Part shown: piece by piece, positions 12,134 through 24,827 of the stretch | Position numbering within the stretch: position 1 is the first letter of the stretch | Layout of the letters: each line of letters begins with the position of its first letter | Origin: Tubiluchus corallicola | Lineage: Eukaryota; Animalia; Priapulida | NCBI GenBank assembly: GCA_030141605.1 | Contig: JAQGDQ010001134.1 | Span: 1-60,100 of the forward strand | DNA length: 60,100 nucleotides | Reading direction: 5' to 3' | Program-made: the position numbers and the translations under genes | The notes under the pieces: generated by a model | What the model was told of the DNA's origin: nothing | Database searches by the model: none | The model's input: the letters and a program-made list of their open reading frames with translations, nothing else

Positions 12134-12545
12134 AATACGTGCTAATAGTCGTGTACAAATACGTGTTGACAGTCGTGTACAAATACGTGTTGACAGTGGT
12201 GTACAGATACGTGTTGACAGACGTGTACAGATACGTGTTGACAGTGGTGTACAGATACGTGTTGACAGTCGTGTACAAATACGTGTTGACAGTCGTGTAC
12301 AGATACGTGCTGACCATCGTGTACAGACGTGTTGACAGTTGTGTGCAAATACGTGTTGACAGTCGTGTACAGATACGTGTTGACAGTCGTGTACAGATAT
12401 TTGTTGACAGTCGTACACAGATAGGTGTTGACAGTCGTGTACAGATACGTGTTGACAGTCCAGTACAGATACATGTTGACAGTCGTGAACAGATTCGTGT
12501 TGACAGTCCTGTACAGATACATGTTGACAGTCGTGTACAGATTTT
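12134..12545. repeat. 24-bp minisatellite, about 17 copies
   Basis: Unit GACAGTCGTGTACAGATACGTGTT; explains the 8-aa periodic ORFs on both strands. Confidence 0.95.
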
Positions 12546-13593
12546 TTAATTGATACTTGTGAATGATTATTAACTATGAAAAGTCAGAGGAAAATGTATA
12601 TACCATGTGATGCATTTGAAAAACATTGATGGGTCATTGCTTAACAAAAGCGTCTGTAGCTTTTACTCGATAAATGAATGTAGTTTGGCAGGTTCTTCAA
12701 GTTTTAGTTCATGGTTTTAACACGTTCATTTTTGGATATTGTAGTAGTAGTTAAAACAAGAAGCGTGTAATACGCTTTTAATCTATATAGCTTGAGATGT
12801 ACCATCTCTGTTGCTAACATCGAAACATGTTTTTTACATGCTAATACCACTGCTTTCTCAAGTCGCCAAATCTAAGCTGTTTTGCAACGTTTGCAAATGG
12901 CTACTGTAGATGGCAGCAGCATTGTAGTGAACAGTGGCTCTATACATGCTGTTTTATTATAATCTCTTCCATTTGTAAACATGATTTAAACTATCCGTTA
13001 AAGCAAGTGAACCACAGATGTTACAATTGCATTTGGGTTCTTGTAAAATCCGAAGTTTAAATCTGGAAATTCACATTTTTATGTTAATTAATTAGAACTT
13101 GGTCATAGTAAAAATAAATTATTATTGTCCATACAAAAAAATTTATGTCCTTTTTTGTTTGAAAATCGAAATTGAAATCCGAAGACTTAATTACTTATTT
13201 TGTTTACAATTTTGTCGTAAAGGACTTATGATTTTTTATTCCTAGTAGCGGCTCGTGTATAGGTACTGTGGTTTCACTCAATATTATCGATAATATTCGA
13301 TATAATAAGCCTTTTTCTTTAGTTCTTTCTTTATACTTGTACAGATTCAGAGCACGTGAGTGTAGTACTGTTGGCTTCACAGTCCAACACAGTGCACTCT
13401 AGCAATGCGGCATTTTGCTGGTGTGTGCATGCGGTCATATGCACATCAACCCTTTGTGATTGTAATATAAATGAGAAAACAAAAACGGTGAAATAAAGTT
13501 TGCATACTTATTTAAACAACATATCAATCGGCAAATATCAAAAATACAATCAGGTTAGCATAAAAGAAAGGGGAGCTGGCTACTGCTTAGCAT

Positions 13594-13936
13594 ATCAGTC
13601 CCACACACAGTTTTCAGATGAGTAAACTTCTGCACTAGGACGTAACATTAAAGAGTCATTTCCAGTTGTCGGACATAGACAGAAAGTTGTCAGAAAGAAC
13701 ACAGTCCATTGTGAACTCGGCATTCAGCAACACTTGACACGAGCAGCGTATTTATGAAGTTTATCAGTCCCACACACAGTTTTCAGATGAGTAGGCCTAA
13801 ACTTCTGCACTAGAACGTAACATTAAAGGGTCATTTCAAGTTGTCAGACATAGACAGAAAGTTGAAAGTTGTCAGAAAGAACACTGTTCAGTGTGAACTC
13901 AGCATTCAGCAACACTTGACACGAGCAGCGTATTTA
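13594..13936. repeat. Tandem duplication of about 170 bp (2 copies)
   Basis: atcagtcccacacacagttttcagatgagt...gagcagcgtattta occurs at about 13594 and about 13763 with small indels. Confidence 0.85.
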
Positions 13937-15013
13937 TAATAAACTATAATTATAATACGCTATAATTATTAGATTAATTTTTAATAATTTCTGCATTTTG
14001 AAACTGGCTCAAAAACGAAGTGAATGTGTCAAATCATTAATCTATAAGATATTAGTTTGCATCTTTTTAACACTCACAAACAGGATTGTTGTTGCCGTTG
14101 CTAGAAGAATGTCATTTTCATCTAAGACGATAGATATGCGAGTCTCAAAAAACATGCCCAAGCATTGACACATTGACGAGACTCTACACTGTTCTGATTA
14201 CCTTTTCTGCACACCAATAAAATGCTTGAATTTGCAAATGAATATGTCATCTTTCACAAACAAAAAGCGAACACAAACTGTCAGTTTATCTGAACCTTTA
14301 TTGCAATACTACGTGAATAAACTGAATCTACAGGTTTTTAAGTCTAATTTACAATAGTTTATGTGAACTATAATTAAAAACAATTATCACTGACATTGAT
14401 TGAATACAAATCTGCTAAAACACATATTCAGGTAACATCATTACATAATTTGCTCTGTTTTTCTTTTCTTATCCACTGATGTTTTTGTTAAAAACCATTA
14501 ACCAAAGAGTAACAATTTTAGTTATTGCTAATCATTGAAGACAGATGGTACACTGAAGGTGTATAATGCGACCCTAGCCCAGTCGTCACCAATAAGCGAA
14601 TTATTTTTTAAAACGCAAAACCTGAGGATATAAACATCAAGTTAATTATAACAATAATACTGGAAGTCCATCAATAGAAGTACATTTGTGTCTTTGGTTA
14701 GTGCATATAATTGCAAATGTCTGACTTACAAAGTTCGTTTGCATAGATTCTTACTATCATAACCGTTATTATTATAACTATATTAACTAAGGGCACTAAA
14801 ATTAGTTACACTAAATATCACAAAATCAGTAAAACATATCAGAGTTCAGCAAGGGCAATCTTGCAGGAGTTTAAATAAGTTCAAATTAAGTGATACATTA
14901 AAATAAATATTAACAAAAAAGCACAAAGAGTACTACAGGCAAGCTATAACATAAAACAAGAGACAGAGAACAGATCATTTTACTTATTTATATAGATATT
15001 ATAGGACACAAAG

Positions 15014-15190
15014 GTACCTAAATACGTTACTATATTGCTCCAGAAGTTGATCTAATGGCAAAGCGTATGCTTTACGAGTATTGCCATTGTACTAATAGAC
15101 AAATGTACCTAAATACGTTACTATATTGCTTCAGAAGTTGATCTAATGACAATGCGTATGACGAGTATTGTCATTGTACTAACAGACGAA
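15014..15190. repeat. Tandem duplication of about 92 bp
   Basis: gtacctaaatacgttactatattgct...cattgtactaa occurs twice. Confidence 0.85.
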
Positions 15191-16193
15191 TAATTTAAGA
15201 CCTAATGAGCAATAGTAGAAATAAGGACCTAGAAAAGAACACGTCAGATCACATTAGAAAATATTATTTAGCTGTCAATAGGGAAGGGTTATAACAGAGG
15301 TTACTAAATCATGTTAAACAACACGCTACTTTCCAAAAACGAAGAATGCAGTACACATTAATGTAAGGACCAATTAAATACAAGTATTTACTAATTCTAC
15401 TCTATACGATACCTATCACAACATTAAAAGTTAACTAGTTTTATTTGGTTTTACATAAAACTGGTGCTATTCATTAGGAAATCATAGAAATTTTTCAAGA
15501 TAAGTAGTAGTTCACTTCAAACCTGGACCTAATAACGTAAATAGAATGAAAAAAAACAGAAACCAGAAAACAATATCAATGATGCATAAGCAGGACATTC
15601 TGAATTGCTAAATAAGCTATCGTTGACAGTGACACCTCAAACTTTATCACAGATTGCACCCGGACTGCAATTTTTTATCACTGCTCCAATCATGGTTGCT
15701 AGGAATTAACTGTTAGAGAGAAGTGGTAAACTATAACGGCTGCCAGTAACATAAATTCATTTGTAAAAAGTTTCCAGGAATACAAAGCATAAAGGCATGC
15801 ATGGTACATAACAGCCTAATGCCTGCAGCTAAAAACCAAATAATGATAACAGGAAGGAAAAAAATCTTTCCTCAAACTGTAAAAACACACGGGCATATCA
15901 TACTTACCAATAAGCTAACTAGGGATTAGACTAGGATCCTAAATTTTATGAGGCGCCAGACTTTAGGAGTCCTGTCAGAAATTCTTACTCTCCTCAGAAA
16001 ATCCATATCCCATCTTCATATAAAGCATGTACTTTATAACACGCCACAAGCAGTTTGCTTTTATATAAACACCCAGTAACAAACAAGTGCAATTATTACA
16101 TAAAAAACAGTATGCCACAAACAGTTGAGCTGCCTATTTAGGTATAAGCAGTACTTGGGCACATACAGTTTTACAATACATACGTACTAGATA

Positions 16194-16516
16194 CAGTCAA
16201 CCCTCGTTAAACCGGACTAATTGGGGGGGGGTCCGGTTTAGCCGATTGTCCGATTTATCCGACATGCCTATATATGGTCTATATTATACAGGAATAATCA
16301 CCTTAATAAGGCCTATATACATTGCACTATATACTATACTGTATATTACTTTAAAATAGTTAACCTGTGAGGATAAAGAAATTGTTGTACAGTTTGTAGG
16401 CCGTGTTGTGTTTAGCGCTGGCTCGGCCGGAAATCGGTCAGTTTCCTTTACCACGGATGACGTCCGTCTTATCCGATATCCGGGCTAACGGGGTCCGGTT
16501 TAACGAGGGTTGACTG
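16194..16516. mobile_element. Tc1/pogo-type MITE
   Basis: TA|CAGTCAACCCTCGTTAAACCGGAC ... GTCCGGTTTAACGAGGGTTGACTG|TA; close copies at 36341..36682 and 53938..54254. Confidence 0.9.
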
Positions 16517-17956
16517 TAATAGTGCTACTAATACACCACAAGTAATTGTGCACTGCTCTCTCTCTCTCTTTCTTTCTTTCTCTCTGTCTATATATATATA
16601 TATATATAGTATATATATATATATGTATATATATACATACAGCTGCCATAAATGCATAATAGAGAGAGGTGGAACTGAACTATCAGCCCAGAACTTGATG
16701 CGTCCCTAAAAGCTATAATTTTGCTTCAATGTTAAATACTCCAAAAGTAAACAAAACACATGTCGTGACATAAACATTGCGCCATAGCAGTAAACTACAA
16801 TGGCATTACCAACCCACGACATCCGTCAAACACCGGGGAAAAAATTTGAGACAAATAATCATATAAACATTTCATAAAACAAAATTGCAAAGGCATTAAA
16901 TCAAATATTTATGTTGCCCGATGGAAGATAGAATTGTGAAAAAATGCAGGCTTTATACGCTTTTCGAAATTTGCCTTTCTTGGCAAGAATATTAGGCTTA
17001 ACTACAAGCTCAAGATCACTATCACTTCAGTAATCAAGATCACCTTCATTTCAATAACATTTACCCTTTATTAGTACTCGAAGTTAAAGGAAAAGCGAAG
17101 CCGTCTAAGAACTTATGCTTATTTCAATGTTTGCGAAAAATGTTGGAAAGATTTAGTAATAAAACTGCAAATAAGCGCCTCGTGTAACTAGTAAAATCAC
17201 TTTAAAGTCCCACTTGTTTCACGCTTTGGCGCTCTCATTTTCAATGCCCATTCTTCTTCTAATGACGTCATTTGCCTTGAAGAAAAGTAGAGCCCATTTG
17301 GTGTCAATCTTCACCAATAGTATAACAAATTTGTACAAAAAATTAGATAACTAATTTTGTAATATTTTTGCGTGAACATTAGCTAACCTGGAGAAATTTG
17401 AATTAGTTTGAAAGCAGCGCGCACTTATGGAAACCAACGATGCGCTTACGGAAAGTCACAAAGTCTCCCAGTTACGTCATGATTTTCAAGCGAATGACGG
17501 CAACCACAACGCCTGAAAATTTCAATTCAGAGGTAGTATAATTGAAATTTATGCTTTTGTAGGCTGTTTTTTTTGCAAATTTCTTTGTTATATTTTTCTA
17601 AGTACAAGTGATAACAATAAAATACCCAACATACTGAGTGTCTTGTTCTTTCTTTTAAGCTAGAAAAAGTTCTCTTCGACAGGCCATTATAGAGACAAAG
17701 GTATGAAGCACTCGAAATAAAACGAGAAGAAGAAGAAAAAGAACTTAAGAGAAGAAAAGGAGATTACAAAACATAAATGCAGAAGATACAGAAAGGCAGG
17801 TTATGCTTTGTTACTATATGATAGTCTGCTGAAGAAACCACATACATTTACTTCTGAAAGACACTAAATAAACCAGGTAAAGGTCAGATCATGTAGAAGC
17901 AACATGGGACCAACTTGATGACACATATTCTGAGGTATAAGTATGCTATAGAACTA

Positions 17957-18996
17957 CAGTTAATCGTCGACTTACAACCTATGTAACTTATGACTATTCG
18001 ATTTGAAACGCAAGTGCAAAATAATTAATTAATTATAGGAAACTAACTACACCTCATATTTCCATACAACTGCAGGTAGTGCGATTACATACTTGCCATG
18101 TTTTTTTAACTTGCCCCTAGATGGCAGTCAAGTACGACTGCAAGTAGTGCAGTTCACACTTGTATTGTTTTTTTAACTTGCCCCTATGGCAAGTCAAGTA
18201 CGACTGCAAGTAGTGCAGTTACACACTTGCGTTGTTTTTTTAACTCGTCCCTAGATGACAGACAAATAATTGCTCAGTCACCATAGCAACGCCAACTTTA
18301 GCAATGCCCATTCCGGCAGTGTGATGTTAGAAGCTACAGCAGGACAATGAACATAGCGGTTGCGTCTCACAAACACCATGGCAACCTATTGTTGCAGCTT
18401 TAGCTGTGTGAAATTTTATACAATTTTTTTTACAAATATCATTAGCACACAAAACGTTTATGTCCTTCATTTGCATAAATAACATAATTCCGGTTGGATA
18501 TTTCATTAACTATTTGAAAATGCTGGCTGTTTTTTATTTAAGTAGGCAAATAATTTAACGCTTCATTTATTGAACAAAACAGCATAAAACATTTACCGAA
18601 GACGCACAAAACCCAAAAATGATCTTGACACAAAAGTGAGATCATTACAAAGCTGAAGAACCTCTCTTAACAGATCCATAGGCTGTTTTTACCTGCAAAT
18701 ACTCATTGTAACAAAAATTAAAGAATATTGTGTATAAAGTGAAATTTATCCATGGCCAGGAATTTAATCAGATTGAACAATGAAACTTGTAATTGCACTA
18801 TTTGCAGTTGCATGTCGTATTTTTTGAAGAATTTTGCTTTAAAATTCATCTGTACGCACCATGATGCTTACACACACAAGACCTTATGTGTAGGAACGCA
18901 CCGCTTGAATCTACGATTACAAGTAGGACTTGTATGCAATTCACCTTAAGACCAAACAGCCAGAACTGATTGTGGTTGTAAGTCGACGACTACCTG
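17957..18996. mobile_element. Tigger/pogo-like non-autonomous element with internal about 65-bp tandem repeat (18064-18265)
   Basis: TA|CAGTTAATCGTCGACTTACAACC ... GGTTGTAAGTCGACGACTACCTG|TA; lies about 73 bp past the LIN7 stop. Confidence 0.8.
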
Positions 18997-19069
18997 TACT
19001 TGAAATTATTACGGTGCATTTTAGGAATATGAACACAATACACTGGGAAGGCGGCGACGACGGCAACTG

Positions 19070-22000
19070 CTATGGCGTTCTTCTCCTGGCTGCCCGCTGA
19101 CGATCAAATCGCTGCTCCATTTCTTCTAAGACTTTTGGCGTGTAACGAACGACCAGCTTCACAGAACCTGCAAAACGTGAAATCATGCAGCAAAAACACT
19201 TGGAAATAATTCTATCACTGGATAGACCGTTGTGCACTGCAAAACACGAGGTGGCAATGCGTGTTACTAGTGAATACGATTCCGCAGAATCTCGGGATCA
19301 CTCACCTTTGCAGCAATGCTTTGCATTATTCTTTTACAAAACCAATAACAGGTGTACAAACCCAAAAAATGCCCACCCAAAGTTATCTTACAAATACACT
19401 TTTACTTCGATACTAACGACTTGAGTAGCTTTAACGAGAAATGATAATTAGCTACAATATTCAGCAACCACAACGAACACACTATTGATGCAGAGCTATT
19501 TCCAGCTCTGCGGTGTTTACTAAGCTCGAACTGGAATGAATCGTTGGAAAAATTTTAAAATATCTTTGCGCTGATTCAGACATTTAAGATCAGTTCAGCA
19601 AAAGCAGTTCAGCTCATTCGGTTAAAATGTAATTACGTTAATCACAGGATCCTGGGTTCAATTCACGTATGTTGTACTTTAATTTTTTAACATTACTTAC
19701 CTTGAGCGGCTTTGAGTAATTCAACGGCTTTTTCGTGATGTTCCCCCTCGACGCTCTGAAACAATTATCATGTAACTGATTACTGCTGTCATAATTAGAG
19801 GCTGAAGCTGAGTCAGTTGCTACTACATCAGCTGATTACACAGTAAATCAGCTAGCTCGGCTGAAGCTGAGTCAGTTGCTAATTCATCAGCTGACTCACA
19901 CAGTAAATCAGCTAGCTTAGCTCGACTGAAGCTGAGTCAGTAGCTACTACATCAACTGACTCACACAGTAAATCAGCTAGCTCGACTGAAGCTGAGTGAG
20001 TTGCTACTACATCAGCTAGCTCGACTGAAGCTGAGTCACTTGCAACTACATCAGCTGATTCACACAGTAAATCAGCTAGCTCGACTGAAGTTGAGTTAGC
20101 AGCTACTACATCAGCTAGCTCGGCTGAAGCTGAGTCAGTTGCTACTTGTGAGACGACTAATTATCCTAGCACGTAGTTTTCACAAGATCAAACTGCCCTA
20201 AAGATCTACTGTTCCTCTCTCCTATTAATGCCAATTGGTATGGCATCCAAACTGCCCTAATCAAATCATCATAGTACTAATTGTTCGTTTGGCCAACTGA
20301 CTCAACTGTCCCGATGCTAGTGTTGTTCGATTTTAATTCACACAAAATACTGACAGACTGTTGTGACCATAGGTATGTGAACATGCCAAACAGAGAGCAC
20401 GTGTAAACAAATGCGAGGGATTATGAGCATACCAAACGGTGTTGCTCCGGATATCAGATTTGCATCCAAAAATGGTTATATACGTGAATTTTACAGGCAT
20501 CTTATTGTATAATTTTACAATATACGTGCATCTGATATTATGTGGTAGGTATACAAATTTGATATTCGAAAATATTCGCTATCCGGTTTTTCAGTACGTG
20601 CAATTGAAAACGGTTTTCGAATAATTTAACAGCCGAAAGTAAATAAATAAATTATTACTAAAAAACTTATGTTTGTGTTTTCAAGATGAAAATTTTTACA
20701 CACATCTTTTTTCGTTTGTATGTGGCAATATGGTGTATCTTCGGGCTAGGTCCTTTAAGATGACAGACTAAACGAAACGCTAAAGTTTGCAAACATTTAC
20801 TAATTCTTCAATATCCGAACTTGTCCGCACATTCGATCCGAATTCAATTAACGTATCAAGTTATAATCCCAATCCGGAAGTCAATTCGATGAAATATTCT
20901 ATGACATCCGGTATTTGCAATCCAGCAATAAAGCATATCCGGAGCAACACTAATACCAAAACACATGTGAACACACCCTAACACCTAGCAGTTATTAGTA
21001 ACCAAAAAATTCTTACCACTCCATTCACAGACAAGAGCTGATCTCCCCTTTTCAAACCTCCTTGTCTGTCGGCCACCCCTCCGGGAATGATCCGGGAAAT
21101 GTAAATGGGAGAGTTCTGTTCCTTTCCTCCCATTATGTTGAAACCGAAGCCCTCGTCTGTTTTTGGCAGTTCGACAACACGAGGATGTGCATGGCCCTCA
21201 CTGGCAGCAAATGCTGCTACAGTTGCCTATAACAAAGAAATTATAAAACCAAATGCAACTTAACTTAATATTATTATTATTATTAACTTATTATTTAACT
21301 TATTTTTACATTTGTTAAATGTTTTACTACAATAAGTCCTCGCTTAACGACTCCATGTTTAGAGACATTTCGTTTTAATGACGCTGAACATTTGACACCT
21401 TTTTTTCACTTAACGACGCACGTTTCATTTTAACGACAATTTTTTTACTTTGCTGAAAGCCAGTTTTCATTTTATCAACAATTTTTTTACTTAATTAGAA
21501 TCATTAAAATGGCACATATTGCATTATTCTGTTTTAAAAGAACAAACTGTTATGTAATTTTCGCTTTATTGGAAGTAATTTAATCAAGAATTTTCTGCAG
21601 TTTTTGACATCTAGGAAAAAAGAAAAGGTAAATTGCATAAATACTAGTAAAACCTGGAAAAAAAGCGACTGATAATTATCTGAAGTTTAATAAATTTTGC
21701 CGAAACTTAACCATAAGTGCAATTGTTGGCGAACCGAAACGAATTGCACATCTGTGGCTGACTGTAGTGAAACCTAGTTGCAGCCTGGTGCTATATGTGT
21801 GTATCTGTTTAATCTAGGAGAAATTAAGTAAATACATTTTGTCACCTCTGTCGGGCGCCGAGCAACCCACTAGCCGAAGTAGGACAATTGGGGTACATGG
21901 GCTAGCCCAAGTAAGATGCGTCGTACATGGGCTGCCCAAGTAGGACACTAGAAGCAGGCGAATTGAGTCGTTAATCGTACCGGCACCGTCCGTCGTCCTT

Positions 22001-23277
22001 GTTTATGGAACAATAATTAAAAACGTCAATATACGTTGAATAATTTATTATACATCTGATAAAATAAAAGAATTTGACTCTGAGCTAGTAGAATTAATAT
22101 TTGCCAGTATCAATCTTCTTTGAAGTGAAATAATCGCACTTTTTAGGCAATTCCAACATTTGTTTAAGGTATATCATTTTTTATTTTGTCTTGCTTCACA
22201 AACATGTGATTCTTTTCACTCCCTCTTGGACAAATAATTGTTTTCTACTAAGTAAACAGGTTAGCAAGTTATGTGCCCTACATAGTTTCTCTCTTTAAAG
22301 CAATGGATACTTGGTTTAATGTTATGATGATATTAATGGAGCTAATAATAATGATGATGATATTGTTGTAAAAAATACATTTGTAAATTGTCAAGGACTA
22401 TCCATCATTATTATGAAGTTACTTTTTTTCTAAAACAAATTTACTTTTATGTCATAAATCTCGATTCTCGACAGCATTCTCTAGTGTCCTACTTGGGCTG
22501 CCCATGTAGGACACTGCTTTTCCGCAAATTTAGCGCATGCGTTTTGCCGGAAGTGTCCTACTTCGGCTAGTGGGTTACTCGGCGCCCTACAACCTCATTA
22601 ACGCGCGTTGCTAGACTGTGCATCTGAAGTAAAGTAGTACAAATACCTTGGCAGTTGCACTAGCACGGACTTCAGGACTGCCCGTAACATCAACCGTCTC
22701 ATAGACGTGTTCATAGACTTCACGCACAGCATTGCAGAAATCACTTTGGAGAACTTTCTGTAAGGCAGCAAGCTTCGTGTTGGGAACGTCACTAGTCTTC
22801 TGTAACTTGTCTAGCAGCTCAACAGCTCTCTGTACATCTTCAAGAAAAATGCTTGTCTGATTAATGAGATCACCGCATTGCAGTACATGGACTACAAAGA
22901 CACGCAGCGTCCCTAAAATTTTGTCCAAACATGTGTAAGTGATGGAGCTGAAATCCATGCCCCATATTAACACGAGAAATTGTTTAAACTGTTACAAAAG
23001 GCGAAATTCTAGTAACTCTCAGACAATTACTTACTAACTAGCATATTACTATCAAACGCAATTTATAATCACTAAAATTTAGTAAACTTAGTATTGCCGA
23101 TTGCTGCAGTTTTCAACTCAACTTATTATCTTAACATCGCAAATCAGACCAGACGGTGATGAGTTGTGATTGCTAGTTATCAAAGACACAATATCCAAAC
23201 AATTAGCTATAGTACATTTGATATTTAGCACAAAAATTACCATTTCCCAAAGATAACTGCTCTTCTATGGTCGCCAT
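19070..23277 (-). CDS. LIN7: Protein lin-7 homolog (L27 + PDZ), 5 coding exons: 23277-23241, 22837-22647, 21226-21017, 19755-19701, 19167-19070; 196 aa
   Basis: All introns GT-AG with consistent phases (37+191+210+55+98=591 nt). Spliced product [25 protein letters not shown]...[21 protein letters not shown]...[110 protein letters not shown]...RRRTP*. Confidence 0.97.
19800..20146. repeat. Compound tandem repeat (about 60-bp and 39-bp units) in LIN7 intron 3
   Basis: ctgaagctgagtcagttgctactacatcagct recurs about 7 times, with or without a gattcacacagtaaatcagct segment. Confidence 0.9.
20437..20952. mobile_element. hAT-type MITE, 8-bp TSD ATACCAAA
   Basis: TIR CGGTGTTGCTCCGGATAT ... ATATCCGGAGCAACACTA; ATACCAAA at 20429-20436 and 20953-20960. 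Confidence 0.85.
21849..22591. mobile_element. TGT...ACA TIR element (Ginger-like MITE), 5-bp TSD ACCTC
   Basis: 38-bp TIR TGTCGGGCGCCGAGCAACCCACTAGCCGAAGTAGGACA with 2 mismatches; ACCTC at 21844-21848 and 22592-22596; superfamily assignment tentative. Confidence 0.8.
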
Positions 23278-24827
23278 ATTGCAATATTGTCATGACAACA
23301 TAAAAAGTTGTACCAACTACACACTAGGCGGCACACAGCTGAACAACTGATATTTACGACCAACATACCGAACGGAGACAAAGCCAAACGTAACCGTCGT
23401 AACGGCCACTATTGAGACGTGGGAAGGTACTCCACTCAGACTGCTGAACTACCAAAATGCATCCAGCCTGAGCAAAATGAAACTAATCTAAATTTCGCAA
23501 AACAGAACGTTTTATAACGAATTATTATTGTTAATAACAATATATTATAAATAACTTTAAAAATATAGATCGTAAGAGCAATTTTATCCATGGATGTAAT
23601 GAGTATGTGCAATGACGTGCATAACGTCAGTTAACATGTACAACCAAGCTCTAGTTTTTAAAAATGACAAACTGAACCAAAAATAATAAAACCAGGTTTA
23701 GTAGAACAAACTTGATCTTCTGAAGAGCCAGTTAAATTGCACTACCAAAAAAAGAAAATCTAGTTCAAAACTACAATAATGACTGTAGTTGAGATTTATT
23801 TATTTTTCGTGTGTTTGTTACTCAAATTCAGTGTCACAGTTTAACTTTGTTACAGTGTCAAGCAAATACTGATTACATACATCTATACAATGCTCAGAAT
23901 ATTAGAAACAAACTACAATAATTTATCACTATTGCCATTGAAACAAGTGTACGAAAGGCAACTGGTTTTCAGTCTTACACAACTCTTATTACATAACAGA
24001 ACTTCTGAAAATATAATTAAAAAAATGATTTTTACTTTAAGAAATTTCATGTAATGTAATGAAATAAGATCGTTTTAATTTTTTCACTGCACAGTATATT
24101 CCTAGAAATTCAACGTCAATGTGGCAAATAGGCACGAATGAAACACTACTATCGTGTTGTTTCAAATGGACGAAAGCGAATTTAGCCAATCAGCAAATAT
24201 ACGCTTTGTAATCACACTTGAGAAGTAACTGCCTAGTTCTGCCACAGATAGTGAAAAAGTTTTACTACATGTATGTACAAAGCAGTAAATTTATCTAATA
24301 AATCAACACAAAAAGTAGATAACATGAGAAACGATCAACACATAATTACCTCTTACAATACTATCAAATAATTTTCCAGTTTAATTTAGATGAACAAATG
24401 TAACGGCAAAAGTATTTCTTAACAGAAGCTAACAGTTACATGTAACAGCTATTACATAATAATAACATAAACACATACGCAGTAGTAAAGCAATAAATAT
24501 ACAACTAGCGCCAAGCTGTAGAGTCCAAATACTCATATTTACAAGAAACAGCACCTCATCTAGCATATGCAGTAGTGGCTACACAATGTTTAAAATTAAC
24601 ATTAGCATCTGACAGACTGACGCACAGAAATTATCCAAAATATTACTTACAAAAGCAGACAATTGCTTGTTTGCAAAAAATAATAGACAAATTAACAAAA
24701 ACTAAACAAACACATAGAAACACGATTTTCTGTTTTGTCACAAATTAGTCATTCCTGTGAATATTTAATATGCAGGTCCTATAAATAACAAACATGGTTG
24801 AGATTAAGCATTAACATAAACAAGCAA

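Noticed and set aside
12032-12549. Periodic ORFs as real proteins
   Set aside because: Fully explained by the 24-bp minisatellite; no splice or domain support.
22611-22973. 120-aa ORF as a stand-alone gene
   Set aside because: It is LIN7 exon 2 plus in-frame intron flanks.
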